Below are positions 18,746 through 30,122 of a stretch of DNA of 32,000 nucleotides, piece by piece; the stretch's first letter is position 1; the number at the start of each line of letters is the position of its first letter. A program made the translations under genes and the position numbers. Origin of the DNA: Candidatus Saganbacteria bacterium (lineage in GTDB: Bacteria; Margulisbacteria; WOR-1; JAKLHX01); NCBI GenBank assembly GCA_026387835.1, contig JAPLKZ010000010.1, positions 331,716 through 363,715 on the forward strand. The letters run 5' to 3'. The notes beneath the pieces are model-generated. The model worked only from the letters and a program-made list of their open reading frames with translations, had not been told where the DNA came from and searched no databases.

Positions 18746-19144
18746 ATGAGACTCACAACTAAAGGCGAATATGCGGTAAGGGCCCTGATCTATCTTCTTC
18801 AAAAATCAGAAGAAGGTCCGGTCCAGATAAGAGAAATATCGGATAGCGAGTCGATGTCAAAGTCCTATATCGAGCAGCTTTTTAACAAGATGAGAAAGGC
18901 CGGGCTGATAAAAAGTTCGCGCGGGTCAAGGGGCGGCTATGTCCTCGGGAAAAGCCCGAAGAAGATAACCATCGGGGATATTATACGGTGTGTTGAAGGC
19001 CCGATTTATCTTACTCTCTGCAGCGGAAGCGGCGGGAACAATTGCAGCAGGGCTTCAAGCTGCAAGTCGTACCCTATGTGGAAAAAGATAAACGAAAAGC
19101 TTGAATCCGCTTTGGACTCGGTCAACCTTGGGGACCTAAAATAA
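18746..19144 (+). CDS. iscR: Rrf2-family regulator, IscR-like
   Basis: MRLTTKGEYAVRALIYLL, MSKSYIEQLFNKMRKAGLI, SSRGSRGGYVLGKSPKKITIGDIIRCVEGPI, Cys triad CSGSGGNNCSRASSC; heads an Fe-S assembly operon. Confidence 0.9.
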   Translation: MRLTTKGEYAVRALIYLLQKSEEGPVQIREISDSESMSKSYIEQLFNKMRKAGLIKSSRGSRGGYVLGKSPKKITIGDIIRCVEGPIYLTLCSGSGGNNCSRASSCKSYPMWKKINEKLESALDSVNLGDLK

Positions 19145-19150
19145 TTGCGT

Positions 19151-19186
19151 CTCCCCCTGACAAGGGGGAGAAACCGCCGAAGGCGG
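19151..19186. repeat. Two tandem hairpins in the iscR-iscS intercistronic gap
   Basis: CTCCCCC-TGACAA-GGGGGAG (19151-19170) followed by CCGCC-GAA-GGCGG (19174-19186), then the AGAGGGGG SD. Confidence 0.7.
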
Positions 19187-19197
19187 AGAGGGGGTTT

Positions 19198-20361
19198 ATG
19201 AAAAGAATATATTTAGACTATGCCGCGACTACGCCCGCGCACCCGCAGGTCGTTGAGGTGATGCAGCCGTACTTCAATGAAATTTTCGGAAATCCCTCTT
19301 CGATCCATTCTTTCGGACAAGAAGCACGGGCCGCGGTCGAAGTTTCCCGCGAGAAAGTCGCGGGTTTGATCGGCGCCAGGACAGATGAAGTTGTTTTTAC
19401 TTCCGGCGGTACTGAGTCGGATAATTTTGCTGTTAAAGGCGTTGCTTTTGCTAACCAGAAAAAGGGAAATCATATAATAATCTCGGCGATCGAGCATCAC
19501 GCAGTGACAGAGCCGTGTGCTTTTCTTAAAAAGCTGGGGTTTGATATTACTGTACTCCCCGTTGATGAACAAGGGCTTGTTGATCTTGAAAAAGTCAAAC
19601 AAGCAATTACAGATAAGACTGTTCTGGTATCTGTTATGCATGCTAACAACGAGATCGGCACAATAGAGCCGGTCGAAGAGATAGGAAAGATTGCCAAAGA
19701 AAAAGGTGTCTTTTTCCATACAGATGCCGTACAAACTGCGGGTGCTATCCCAATAGATGTAAATAAGATGAACGTTGACCTTCTTTCAGTTTCTGCCCAT
19801 AAACTTTACGGGCCTAAGGGTGTTGGCGCTTTATACATCAGAAAGGGAACCAAGATGGTCCCCTTCATGCACGGCGGCGGCCAGGAAAAGAACCGTAGGG
19901 GTTCGACCGAAAATGTTCCCGGAATAGTCGGTTTTGGAAAGGCCGCGGAACTCGCCGCCTTGGAAATGAATGAAAGGGCAAAACATCTTATTCCTCTGAG
20001 GGATAAACTGACTACGTCCTTGTCTGAAAAAATAGGCGACAGCATCCTGAACGGACATCCGGTTAAAAGGCTTCCGAATAACGTGAATTTCTGTTTTAAA
20101 TTTGTCGAGGGTGAATCAATGCTTTTAACCCTTGATATGGAGGGGATCGCAGCATCCACGGGTTCCGCATGCTCTTCCGCAACACTTGAGCCTTCTCATG
20201 TGCTTCTTGCAATAGGAAGGCCGCATGAGATCGCCCACGGCTCGATCAGGTTTACTTTAGGAAGGCTGACTACAGAAGAAGATATCGACCATGTTATAGA
20301 TGTGTTCCCGAAGATCGTCGAAAAGCTGAGGAAGATGTCGCCGTTATACAAAGGAGGATAA
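19198..20361 (+). CDS. iscS: Cysteine desulfurase (NifS/IscS family)
   Basis: YLDYAATTPAHPQV, IISAIEHHAV, VSVMHANNEIGTI, FHTDAVQ, SVSAHKLYGPKGVGALY, ASTGSACSSATLEPSHVL. Confidence 0.95.
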   Translation: MKRIYLDYAATTPAHPQVVEVMQPYFNEIFGNPSSIHSFGQEARAAVEVSREKVAGLIGARTDEVVFTSGGTESDNFAVKGVAFANQKKGNHIIISAIEHHAVTEPCAFLKKLGFDITVLPVDEQGLVDLEKVKQAITDKTVLVSVMHANNEIGTIEPVEEIGKIAKEKGVFFHTDAVQTAGAIPIDVNKMNVDLLSVSAHKLYGPKGVGALYIRKGTKMVPFMHGGGQEKNRRGSTENVPGIVGFGKAAELAALEMNERAKHLIPLRDKLTTSLSEKIGDSILNGHPVKRLPNNVNFCFKFVEGESMLLTLDMEGIAASTGSACSSATLEPSHVLLAIGRPHEIAHGSIRFTLGRLTTEEDIDHVIDVFPKIVEKLRKMSPLYKGG

Positions 20362-20364
20362 TAA

Positions 20365-20787
20365 ATGCCCACTTACAGTGAAAAGGTGATGGACCATTTT
20401 AAGAACCCCAGGAATGTAGGCGAGATAAAAGATCCTGACGGCGTTGGGCATGTCGGCAACCCTGTCTGCGGGGACATAATGGAGCTCTATATTAAGGTAA
20501 AAGATAAAATAATAACGGATGTTAAGTTCAAGACGTTCGGCTGCGGCGCGGCAATAGCCACTTCTTCGATGATAACCGAGCTTGTTAAGGGCAAAAATAT
20601 CGATGAAGCTCTTAAAATATCAAACCGCGCTGTCGTCGAAGCGTTGGGCGGCCTTCCTCCGGTAAAGCTTCACTGTTCTGTGCTCGCGGAGGACGCCTTG
20701 AAATCCGCGATAGACGATTATCTGAAGAAAACTACAGGAAAAGGTCTGGAAGGATTCAAACCTCACGATGACCAACCGCCGCAGTAA
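20365..20787 (+). CDS. iscU: Fe-S cluster assembly scaffold (NifU N-terminal/IscU family)
   Basis: Conserved Cys in NPVCGD, FGCGAA, KLHCSVLAEDA. Confidence 0.94.
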   Translation: MPTYSEKVMDHFKNPRNVGEIKDPDGVGHVGNPVCGDIMELYIKVKDKIITDVKFKTFGCGAAIATSSMITELVKGKNIDEALKISNRAVVEALGGLPPVKLHCSVLAEDALKSAIDDYLKKTTGKGLEGFKPHDDQPPQ

Positions 20788-21847
20788 AAAAGTCCTTGCC
20801 GCGATGAGCGGCGGTGTCGACAGCTCCGTTGCTGCCGCGCTTTTAAAACAAAAAGGATATGATGTCGTCGGCATTACGCTGGATATCTGGCCTTCAAGGC
20901 CCGGCCGGTTCGCCGGCTGCTGCAGCGCAAGTGCTGTCGATGATGCGAAAAGTGTCGCGGACAAGCTCGGTATCCCGCACTACGTGCTAAATTTTCGGGA
21001 TGTTTTCAAAGAATTTGTGATCGATGATTTTATTTCGCAATACTCATCCGGAAAGACCCCCAATCCCTGTGTCAGGTGCAATCAATATATCAAATTTGAC
21101 CGTCTTATAAAAAAAGCTGACGAGCTCGGGGCGGAATTCGTGGCGACCGGCCATTACGCGATGATAAAAAATGTCAAAAAAAGATGGCAGCTGCAAAGAT
21201 CTCCCGACAAGCTCAAAGATCAATCTTATTTTCTCTACCCTATCAGCCAAAGCGCTATGCCGAGAATTTTATTCCCTGTCGGCAGTATCACAAAGACGAG
21301 GACAAGGCAGATAGCAAGGGCACTCGGTCTGAAGGTTGCCGATAAAAAGGATAGCCAGGAGATCTGCTTCGTTGAAGACAATAATTACGGGCGGTTCCTT
21401 TCCGAAAATATCGAAGGTATATCAAAGCCCGGCCCTATTTTTGATACCGACGGGAACCGTGTCGGGATGCACAGGGGAATAGCTTTTTATACGATCGGCC
21501 AGAGAAGAGGCATCGGACTTCCGTTCGGGAAGCCTTTTTACGTTGTCAGCATCGATAAAGACAGCAATTCGATCGTTGTCGGCGATGAAAAGGCTACTTT
21601 CGGAAAAGAACTCTTCGCTGATAACCTCGTCTGGACATCCATAGATGCCCCGGCAAAGCCTTTCAACGCAAATGCAAAGATCCGGTATGCTTCTGAAGAA
21701 TCGCCCGCTACGGTCATCCCGGCCGCTGATGGCAAGGTCCTGGTCAAGTTCAAGAGACCTGTAAAATCGATAACGCCGGGGCAGTCGGTCGTGTTCTATA
21801 ATAAAAATATTGTTTTGGGGGGTGGGATAATTTGCAGCAAGAGTTGA
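20768..21847 (+). CDS. mnmA: tRNA-specific 2-thiouridylase MnmA
   Basis: AMSGGVDSSVAAALL, CCSASAVDDAK, TPNPCVRCNQYIKF, ATGHYA, KDQSYFL, DSQEICFV, YTIGQRRGIG; overlaps iscU. Confidence 0.95.
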   Translation: MTNRRSKKVLAAMSGGVDSSVAAALLKQKGYDVVGITLDIWPSRPGRFAGCCSASAVDDAKSVADKLGIPHYVLNFRDVFKEFVIDDFISQYSSGKTPNPCVRCNQYIKFDRLIKKADELGAEFVATGHYAMIKNVKKRWQLQRSPDKLKDQSYFLYPISQSAMPRILFPVGSITKTRTRQIARALGLKVADKKDSQEICFVEDNNYGRFLSENIEGISKPGPIFDTDGNRVGMHRGIAFYTIGQRRGIGLPFGKPFYVVSIDKDSNSIVVGDEKATFGKELFADNLVWTSIDAPAKPFNANAKIRYASEESPATVIPAADGKVLVKFKRPVKSITPGQSVVFYNKNIVLGGGIICSKS

Positions 21848-22734
21848 CATCAAAGATTGCCGAATTAAAAAAACAAAAGAACGCTGTTATCCTCGCGCAT
21901 AATTACCAGCTGCCTGAAGTACAGGATGTCGCTGACTTTGTAGGGGATTCGCTCGGCCTTAGCATGGAAGCATCAAAGACAAATGCCGATATAATAATTT
22001 TTTGCGGCGTGCATTTCATGGCGGAGACGGCGAAAATCTTAAATCCCAAGAAAAAGGTTTTGATGCCGGATCTGAAGGCCGGCTGCCCTATGGCAAATAT
22101 GATAACTGCGGATCAGCTTGTCGGATTAAGAAAAAAACACCCGGCCGCAAAGGTCGTATGTTATATCAACACTACTGCTACGGTAAAAGCTCATTGTGAT
22201 ATCTGCTGTACTTCCGGCAACGTGCTTAAAGTTGTCGGTTCATTAAGGGATGGGGAGATCATCTTTATTCCGGACCAATACCTGGGCAGCTGGGTATCAA
22301 AGCGGCTAAATAAGCAGATGGTCCTCTGGCCCGGGTTTTGCAATATCCACGTGAAGATACTTCCGGAACATATAACCGCGAAGAAAAGGCTTTACCCGAA
22401 CGCACTCGTAATGGTCCACCCGGAATGCACGCCTGCCGTCATTGACCTCGCTGATAAAGTGGCCAGCACTTCCGGGATGATAGATTTTCCCCGGACCTCT
22501 CCCGCAAAAGAGTTTATCGTGGGAACGGAGACCGGGATTATCCACCGGCTGAACAAAAAATATCCCGACAGGAAATTTTATCCCGCTTATGAAGGGGCCA
22601 TTTGCCCCAACATGAAACTGACAACGCTTGAAAAAGTCATGTGGTGCCTCGAGGAAGAGGAAGATGAGGTCTTTGTTTTGGCTGATATCGCAGAAAAAGC
22701 CGGGGCCTGCATCGGCAGAATGTTGGACTTATAA
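21832..22734 (+). CDS. nadA: Quinolinate synthase A
   Basis: ILAHNYQLPEVQDVADFVGDSLGLS, GVHFMAETAKIL, VCYINTTATVKAHCDICCTSGN, PDQYLGSWV, HPECTPAV, CPNMKLTTLEKV; overlaps mnmA. Confidence 0.95.
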   Translation: MQQELTSKIAELKKQKNAVILAHNYQLPEVQDVADFVGDSLGLSMEASKTNADIIIFCGVHFMAETAKILNPKKKVLMPDLKAGCPMANMITADQLVGLRKKHPAAKVVCYINTTATVKAHCDICCTSGNVLKVVGSLRDGEIIFIPDQYLGSWVSKRLNKQMVLWPGFCNIHVKILPEHITAKKRLYPNALVMVHPECTPAVIDLADKVASTSGMIDFPRTSPAKEFIVGTETGIIHRLNKKYPDRKFYPAYEGAICPNMKLTTLEKVMWCLEEEEDEVFVLADIAEKAGACIGRMLDL

Positions 22735-23154
22735 TTCGTTTTTATCTTTTACCGCTCCTGCAGCAATGACGGCTTTATTCAGGTGTTTATCTCTCCATAT
22801 CAAGGCTGCCGAAAGCGCCGCCTGCATAAGTGCCGCTGCCAATAAATTCGTGAAGCAATCTATCAAAGAAGCGGTCCTGCCGCGCACAAGGGCCTGATGA
22901 AGTTCGTCCGTCAGGCCGTATATATATGTTAGAAAGACGCAGTACACTACCTGCCAGTTATAGGGGATTTTACACGACATCCTTACTGCAAAGAATATGA
23001 GGGCGTAAAGGGCCGAATATTCTATTATATGCACCAGTTTGATATGAACGAGCATGGGCGCGTGTTTTGCCGGCTCGGGGGGCGCGCCCGAAGATAAATA
23101 AAATATCATCGCCATATATAAAAGCGCGGGGATCCAGTAGATCGTTTTTTTCAT
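22729..23154 (-). CDS. VanZ-like family membrane protein
   Basis: Multi-TM, with HIIEYSALYALIFF, YGLTDELHQALVRGRTASLIDCFTNLLAAAL signature. Confidence 0.85.
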   Translation of the reverse strand: MKKTIYWIPALLYMAMIFYLSSGAPPEPAKHAPMLVHIKLVHIIEYSALYALIFFAVRMSCKIPYNWQVVYCVFLTYIYGLTDELHQALVRGRTASLIDCFTNLLAAALMQAALSAALIWRDKHLNKAVIAAGAVKDKNEL

Positions 23155-23167
23155 GTCTTGCCGCCGG

Positions 23168-23634
23168 TCAGGGGCTTACGTCTTTTCTGGTTAGCGGCTT
23201 GTCGATTATCAGGCCCTCACTGCCAAGCGATATCTCACGTTTTCCGTTTATAATTATCTGGACCTGCTTTATCCCCTGCAGCGCTGTCAGCGTGTAAACT
23301 ATCTGGGCGAGGCTTCCATACACTTTTGAAGTCCCTCCTCCGTACATTTCCAGCTCTTTTGTAAAATCGACGTTGACTATATTGCCCTTTTTATATGCCA
23401 CCCTGACCTTCGTCCCTTCCGGTATTTGAGAATACAGCCCTTTTGCTTTTTCTTCCGAAGTCGGGCCCTGGAGCAGCTGCTCGATCGCAAAATAATAAAG
23501 GTCGGCTTTTTGGGCCGGGGTCCTTTTTTCGTAACCTTAACTTGCTTTCCCTGCTGCCCGATGTTCTGCGTAAAGACTATGGCCGCTACCGCGACTACCG
23601 CGAGTATTAAAACCGCCCATAACAGCTTTCTCAT
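23168..23634 (-). pseudogene. GerMN-domain lipoprotein/membrane-anchored protein interrupted by a 1-nt frameshift (or sequencing error)
   Basis: N-terminal TM in frame 1 (MRKLLWAVLILAVVAVAAIVF...). The other frame reads PAQKADLYYFAIEQLLQGPTSEEKAKGLYSQIPEGTKVRVAYKKGNIVNVDFTKELEMYGGGTSKVYGSLAQIVYTLTALQGIKQVQIIINGK, matching the GerMN pattern. Confidence 0.8.
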
Positions 23635-23664
23635 CGAAACCGCCTCCTTTTTGTCATAAATGGC

Positions 23665-26448
23665 TTAATTCTTCTTGTTTTTCCCTTTTTTTTCTTTCTT
23701 GGGGGGTTCGCTTTCCTCTGCTTTTTGTTCTTCTTTGGCCGGGGATTCATTTTCTTCCCTTGGAACTATTACGATATCAACAACCTTGTCTCCTTCGTCC
23801 ATCCTCTGGACCCGTACTCCGCTTGCCGCCCTGCCCTGAGAAGATATCGCGTCCGTTTTCTGCCTGCTCATGGTGCCGTTCTTTGTCGTTATGAGTATCT
23901 CGTCACCGGGAAGCACTATAAGAAGCTTTGAAACTTTGTCGCCTTTCCTGAGCTTCATGAGCCGTATGCCCTTACCGCCGCGGTGCTGTACTCTGAAATG
24001 TTTTTCGAGCGTTCTTTTCCCGTATCCGCTTTCTGTTATTCCGAGAAGGCTTGAGCCTTCTTCAATCACTCCCATCGAGATCACCTTGTCTCCTTTGCTT
24101 AAGTTTATCCCCCTTACGCCGCCGGCTGCCCGGCCCATGTCCCTCACGTCCTTTTCTTTGAACCTTATGGCTTTGCCTTCTACCGTGACGAGCATTATTT
24201 CTCTTGATCCGTCCGTCTCTCTTACCCAGTTGAGTTCGTCTCCGTCTTTAATGCCTATCGCTATTATCCCGCTCCTTCTGATGTTCGCAAAATCTTCGAG
24301 TGGTGTTTTCTTGATGACCCCGTTCTTGGTTGCCATCATCAGGAATGATTTTTGCTCGAAATCCTTTACGGGAAGTGCCGATGTGACCACTTCTTTCTCC
24401 GCGAGCTGAAGAAAATTGGCGATAGACTGGCCCTTTCCGACCCTGCTTGTTTCCGGTATTTCGTAAGCTTTGATCTTATAGACCTTCCCTAAATTTGTGA
24501 AGAACAGTATAAAGCTTTTTGAGGAGGCTATGATCAGTTTTTCTATCTGGTCCTCCTCTCTCGTGTTCATCCCCGAGATCCCGCGCCCGCCCCTGTGCTG
24601 TGATTTAAAGGTCGTGACCGGCATCCTCTTTATGAACCCGTCCTTGGTGATCGGGATCACGACATCCGTATCCGCGATAAGGTCTTCGATGTCGATATCT
24701 TCCGCTCCGGCTCCGATATGCGTACGTCTGTCATCCCCGTATTTTTCGTTGATCTCCCCGAGTTCTTTTTTTATGATGTCCATTATTTTCTGTTTACTCG
24801 CCAATATCGCTTTGAGTTCGGCAATAAGTTTTAATACTGCCTTGTATTCTTCCTGGATCTTCGTCCTCTCCAGCTGGGTCAGTTTTTGCAGGCGCATGTC
24901 AAGGATGGCCTGGGCCTGTATCAGAGACAGACCAAAGCTTTTTATCAGCCCCTGCCTTGCCTCTTCAACGTTCTTTGAAGCTCTGATCAGCTTGATCGCC
25001 TTGTCCAGGTTGTCAAGGCAAATTATCAGACCTTCCAGTATGTGCGCTTCCGTTTCCGCCTTTTTCAGGTCGAATTTTGCCCTTCTGGTGACAACTTCGT
25101 CCCTGTGCTTTATATACTCGGAAAGCATGTCTTTTAATGTAAGAAGCCTCGGTTCTCCGTCCACCAGTGCGACGGAGTTGATCCCGAAAGTTGTCTGCAT
25201 GTTGGTATGCTTATACAGCTGGTTGAGAACGATTTCTTTGTTCGTGTCTCTCTTCAACTCTATATAGACCCTGGTACCGCTCCGGTCGGATTCGTCCCTT
25301 AGGTCCGATATTCCCTGCAATTTCTTTTCTTTTACAAGAAAAGCTATCTGCTCTACCAGGTTCGCTTTGTTGACCTGATAAGGAAGTTCGTTAATAATGA
25401 TCGCCTCTTTCCCGCTCTTCAGCTCTTCAAAGATCACCTTCGCCCTTATAGTAAGGATCCCTCTTCCGGTCGTATAGCCGTCCTTTATCCCCTGTCTTCC
25501 GCAGATTATCGCGCCTGTCGGGAAGTCGGGGCCTTTGATGATCTTCATCAAGTCTTCGTTCGTGGCCTCCGGATTGTCGATCAGTTCTACCGCTCCGTTT
25601 ATGACCTCGGTCAGGTTGTGAGGGGGTATGTTTGTGGCCATGCCGACTGCGATCCCTGAAGATCCGTTCACCAAAAGGTTTGGAAATTTTGAAGGGAGGA
25701 CTTTCGGCTCTTCCAGGGATTCATCAAAGTTGGGCATGAAGTCGACTGTTTCTTTTTCGAGGTCGGCCAGCATTTCTTCCGCCATCGCCGAAAGACGCGT
25801 TTCGGTATATCGCATCGCCGCTGCGCTGTCCCCGTCGACGGAACCGAAATTCCCCTGGCCGTCTACCAGCATGTACCTTAGAGAAAAGTCTTGCGCCATC
25901 CTGACCATCGCATCGTATACCGCCATGTCTCCGTGCGGGTGGTATTTACCAAGGACTTCTCCGACAAGTCTGGCGGATTTTTTATGCGGCTTGTTGTGCG
26001 CAAGGCCCAGCCCGTCCATAGCGTACAGGATCCTGCGGTGGACCGGTTTTAAGCCGTCGCGGACATCCGGCAGCGCGCGCCCCACAATAACGCTCATCGC
26101 GTAATCTATGTATGACGAGCGCATTTCGTCTTCTATATTTATTTTATCCGGTCTGGCTTTTGGCGGGCCGTCATCCCCTGCCGGCGGCAAAGGATCGTTC
26201 CCGTCGCTGCCGCCCCCTTCTGTTTTCGTTTTCTCCTGTTTTTTCTTTTTCTCGGGGTTTGTTTTTGCCGCGCTTTTGGAGGGGCCTTTTTTTGTTTCCT
26301 TTTTAAGTTGCTCTTCCTGTCTTTTGTCCGCGATCTTTTTATCTATCTCGCCATCAACTTTGGCCATGAGCTCTTTCGAAAATTTTTCCTCCGGCTTATC
26401 CGGGCCCTTTGTAAAATCTATTTCCTGTAAAAACTCCTCGTCTCCCAA
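23665..26448 (-). CDS. gyrA: DNA gyrase subunit A with charged N-terminal extension (likely TTG start at 26448; ORF track start 26508)
   Basis: [62 protein letters not shown], GyrA-box-like QHRGGKG and QHRGGRG; SD-like aaagggg before the TTG. Confidence 0.93.
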   Translation of the reverse strand: MGDEEFLQEIDFTKGPDKPEEKFSKELMAKVDGEIDKKIADKRQEEQLKKETKKGPSKSAAKTNPEKKKKQEKTKTEGGGSDGNDPLPPAGDDGPPKARPDKINIEDEMRSSYIDYAMSVIVGRALPDVRDGLKPVHRRILYAMDGLGLAHNKPHKKSARLVGEVLGKYHPHGDMAVYDAMVRMAQDFSLRYMLVDGQGNFGSVDGDSAAAMRYTETRLSAMAEEMLADLEKETVDFMPNFDESLEEPKVLPSKFPNLLVNGSSGIAVGMATNIPPHNLTEVINGAVELIDNPEATNEDLMKIIKGPDFPTGAIICGRQGIKDGYTTGRGILTIRAKVIFEELKSGKEAIIINELPYQVNKANLVEQIAFLVKEKKLQGISDLRDESDRSGTRVYIELKRDTNKEIVLNQLYKHTNMQTTFGINSVALVDGEPRLLTLKDMLSEYIKHRDEVVTRRAKFDLKKAETEAHILEGLIICLDNLDKAIKLIRASKNVEEARQGLIKSFGLSLIQAQAILDMRLQKLTQLERTKIQEEYKAVLKLIAELKAILASKQKIMDIIKKELGEINEKYGDDRRTHIGAGAEDIDIEDLIADTDVVIPITKDGFIKRMPVTTFKSQHRGGRGISGMNTREEDQIEKLIIASSKSFILFFTNLGKVYKIKAYEIPETSRVGKGQSIANFLQLAEKEVVTSALPVKDFEQKSFLMMATKNGVIKKTPLEDFANIRRSGIIAIGIKDGDELNWVRETDGSREIMLVTVEGKAIRFKEKDVRDMGRAAGGVRGINLSKGDKVISMGVIEEGSSLLGITESGYGKRTLEKHFRVQHRGGKGIRLMKLRKGDKVSKLLIVLPGDEILITTKNGTMSRQKTDAISSQGRAASGVRVQRMDEGDKVVDIVIVPREENESPAKEEQKAEESEPPKKEKKGKNKKN

Positions 26449-26479
26449 TGTCGTTCCCCTTTCTGTTTGACTGTCGTAC

Positions 26480-26502
26480 GGGCCCCGATCTGATCGGGGC
26501 CC
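26480..26502. repeat. Perfect 11-bp inverted repeat between gyrB and gyrA
   Basis: GGGCCCCGATC-T-GATCGGGGCCC. Confidence 0.8.
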
Positions 26503-26508
26503 CTCCAT

Positions 26509-28476
<1,968 letters not shown>

Positions 28477-28480
28477 TTAT

Positions 28481-28786
28481 TTAGTTCCTCTCCTTTTCTT
28501 TTTTACAGCCTATCCTCACTTTTATGTCCTTTACGACCGTTTCGCCGAGTTCATCGTTGATCTTTTTGATGCTCCCGTTTTTATGAAAGACGATTTCCTG
28601 GCTTAATGACGGATTTTCCGTTACTATGAACAGAACCCCTTTTGAAATTCTTTCCGCCCAGCTTTTCCCGCTCGCGTCTATATTTTTGTCCCAGACATCT
28701 AGAGCCCCGTAGCTTTTCAGTTTCCGGTCCAGGGCCGGGTTTTTTTTGACCAGCCCTGCCAGCGCTTCTTTCGCCGTCTCTATCAT
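28481..28786 (-). CDS. dciA: DUF721/DciA-family protein (predicted replicative helicase loader/operator)
   Basis: Small basic protein between dnaN and gyrB with ...VWDKNIDASGKSWAERISKGVLFIVTENPSLSQEIVFHKNGSIKKIND, typical of DUF721; overlaps the dnaN stop by ATGA. Confidence 0.8.
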   Translation of the reverse strand: MIETAKEALAGLVKKNPALDRKLKSYGALDVWDKNIDASGKSWAERISKGVLFIVTENPSLSQEIVFHKNGSIKKINDELGETVVKDIKVRIGCKKEKERN

Positions 28787-29922
28787 GCCGGCGTATCCGT
28801 TGTCCTTATCGGCATTATTATATAGATATAATTTTCGTCTCCCTCGGGCCTTATGATGCCCGGGCTGATCGGTCCGGCAAATTCCAGCGTCACTTTCTCG
28901 CTGTCGATCACTTTTAATGCGTCCGTTATAAGCCTTACATTGAAGGCCACGTGTGATTTGGCCTCGCCTTTTAAGTCCACATCCACTACCTCGTCGACAC
29001 TTCCCACGTCCGGCGAGTTCGCTATTATATGCAATTTCCCTTGTTCGATCCTGAGCTTCACGATATTCGAGCTGCTTCCCGCTATAACCGCCGCCCTTTC
29101 GGTCGCCTCAAGAAGTGCCCTTGTTTCGGTTGTCAGCTTGACCTCGCTCGATTTAGGCAATACCTGCTTGTAATCCGGGAACTGCCCCTGTATCAGGCGG
29201 GAAACAAGATAGACATCTTTGAATTTGAATGCTATCTGTTCATTGGATATGCTTATCTTTAATTCTTCGTCGTTCCTGTTCTGGATTATCCTGCAAACTT
29301 CCAGCAAAGCTTTTGCCGGCACGATCACGCTCGACACTGCGAGGACCGTGCCTGTATTTGCCCCCCTTTTCGCGAGACGGAACCCGTCCGTCGCTACCAT
29401 CCTTATATTGCTGTCGTCCTTTTCCTGGGGGTTTTTGCCCGTCTCTAAAAGCACCCCGTTCAGAATATACTTATCTTCGCTGGTGGACACGGAAAAGGCC
29501 GTTTGTTTGACCATATCGGTAAATGTCTTTGGTGATACAGTTATTGTCTTCGCGTCTTTTATTCTTGGCAATAAGGGGAATTCTTCGGCCGACATCCCGT
29601 TTATCGTTGATGTCGATTGTTTGTAGGATATTTTTACGGCGCCTTTGTCTGTTTTTTTAATATTTATGTTTGTCGCCGGCAGTTTTGCCACGATACCTGC
29701 CAGTGTCTTTGCCGGAATAAGTACGGATCCGTCCTCTTTTATCGACGCGGGTATTGTTACCTCAAGTCCCATCTCAAGGTTGTTGGCCGACAGTTTTATC
29801 CCGTCCTTTTTTGTTTCAAAAAGAACGTTCCCTATTATCGGCAGAGTGCTTCTTGTGGCAACAATGCGCTCGACGGCCTGCATTCCTCCAAAAAGATCGT
29901 CTTTTACACAGAGAACATCCAT
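28783..29922 (-). CDS. dnaN: DNA polymerase III subunit beta (sliding clamp)
   Basis: LCVKDDLFGGMQAVERIVATRSTLPIIGNVLFET, MVATDGFRLA, C-terminal YIYIIMPIRTTD; SD aaggagat. Confidence 0.95.
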   Translation of the reverse strand: MDVLCVKDDLFGGMQAVERIVATRSTLPIIGNVLFETKKDGIKLSANNLEMGLEVTIPASIKEDGSVLIPAKTLAGIVAKLPATNINIKKTDKGAVKISYKQSTSTINGMSAEEFPLLPRIKDAKTITVSPKTFTDMVKQTAFSVSTSEDKYILNGVLLETGKNPQEKDDSNIRMVATDGFRLAKRGANTGTVLAVSSVIVPAKALLEVCRIIQNRNDEELKISISNEQIAFKFKDVYLVSRLIQGQFPDYKQVLPKSSEVKLTTETRALLEATERAAVIAGSSSNIVKLRIEQGKLHIIANSPDVGSVDEVVDVDLKGEAKSHVAFNVRLITDALKVIDSEKVTLEFAGPISPGIIRPEGDENYIYIIMPIRTTDTPA

Positions 29923-29982
29923 GATTATCTCCTTCTTTCTATTTATTAAATAAGACAGTATTAGTTATAGTCGCTGTGCATT

Positions 29983-29991
29983 TGTTGATAA
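29983..29991 (-). promoter_or_regulatory. DnaA-box-like 9-mer in the dnaA-dnaN gap
   Basis: Minus strand TTATCAACA. Confidence 0.5.
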
Positions 29992-30122
29992 CTTTTTTAT
30001 TTAAATAACAAAAGCAAAAAACACAATCGCAGCCAACAACAAACTGTTGACGCGCACAGGACAAACTATGGACAACTATTAATATTTTTTCTCACCCCCC
30101 TTTTCAACAGGTTCCCAACACT

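Noticed and set aside
30091-30105. Polypyrimidine tract CTCACCCCCCTTTT as another copy of the 19151 palindrome
   Set aside because: No complementary arm is present; it is only a short C/T run.
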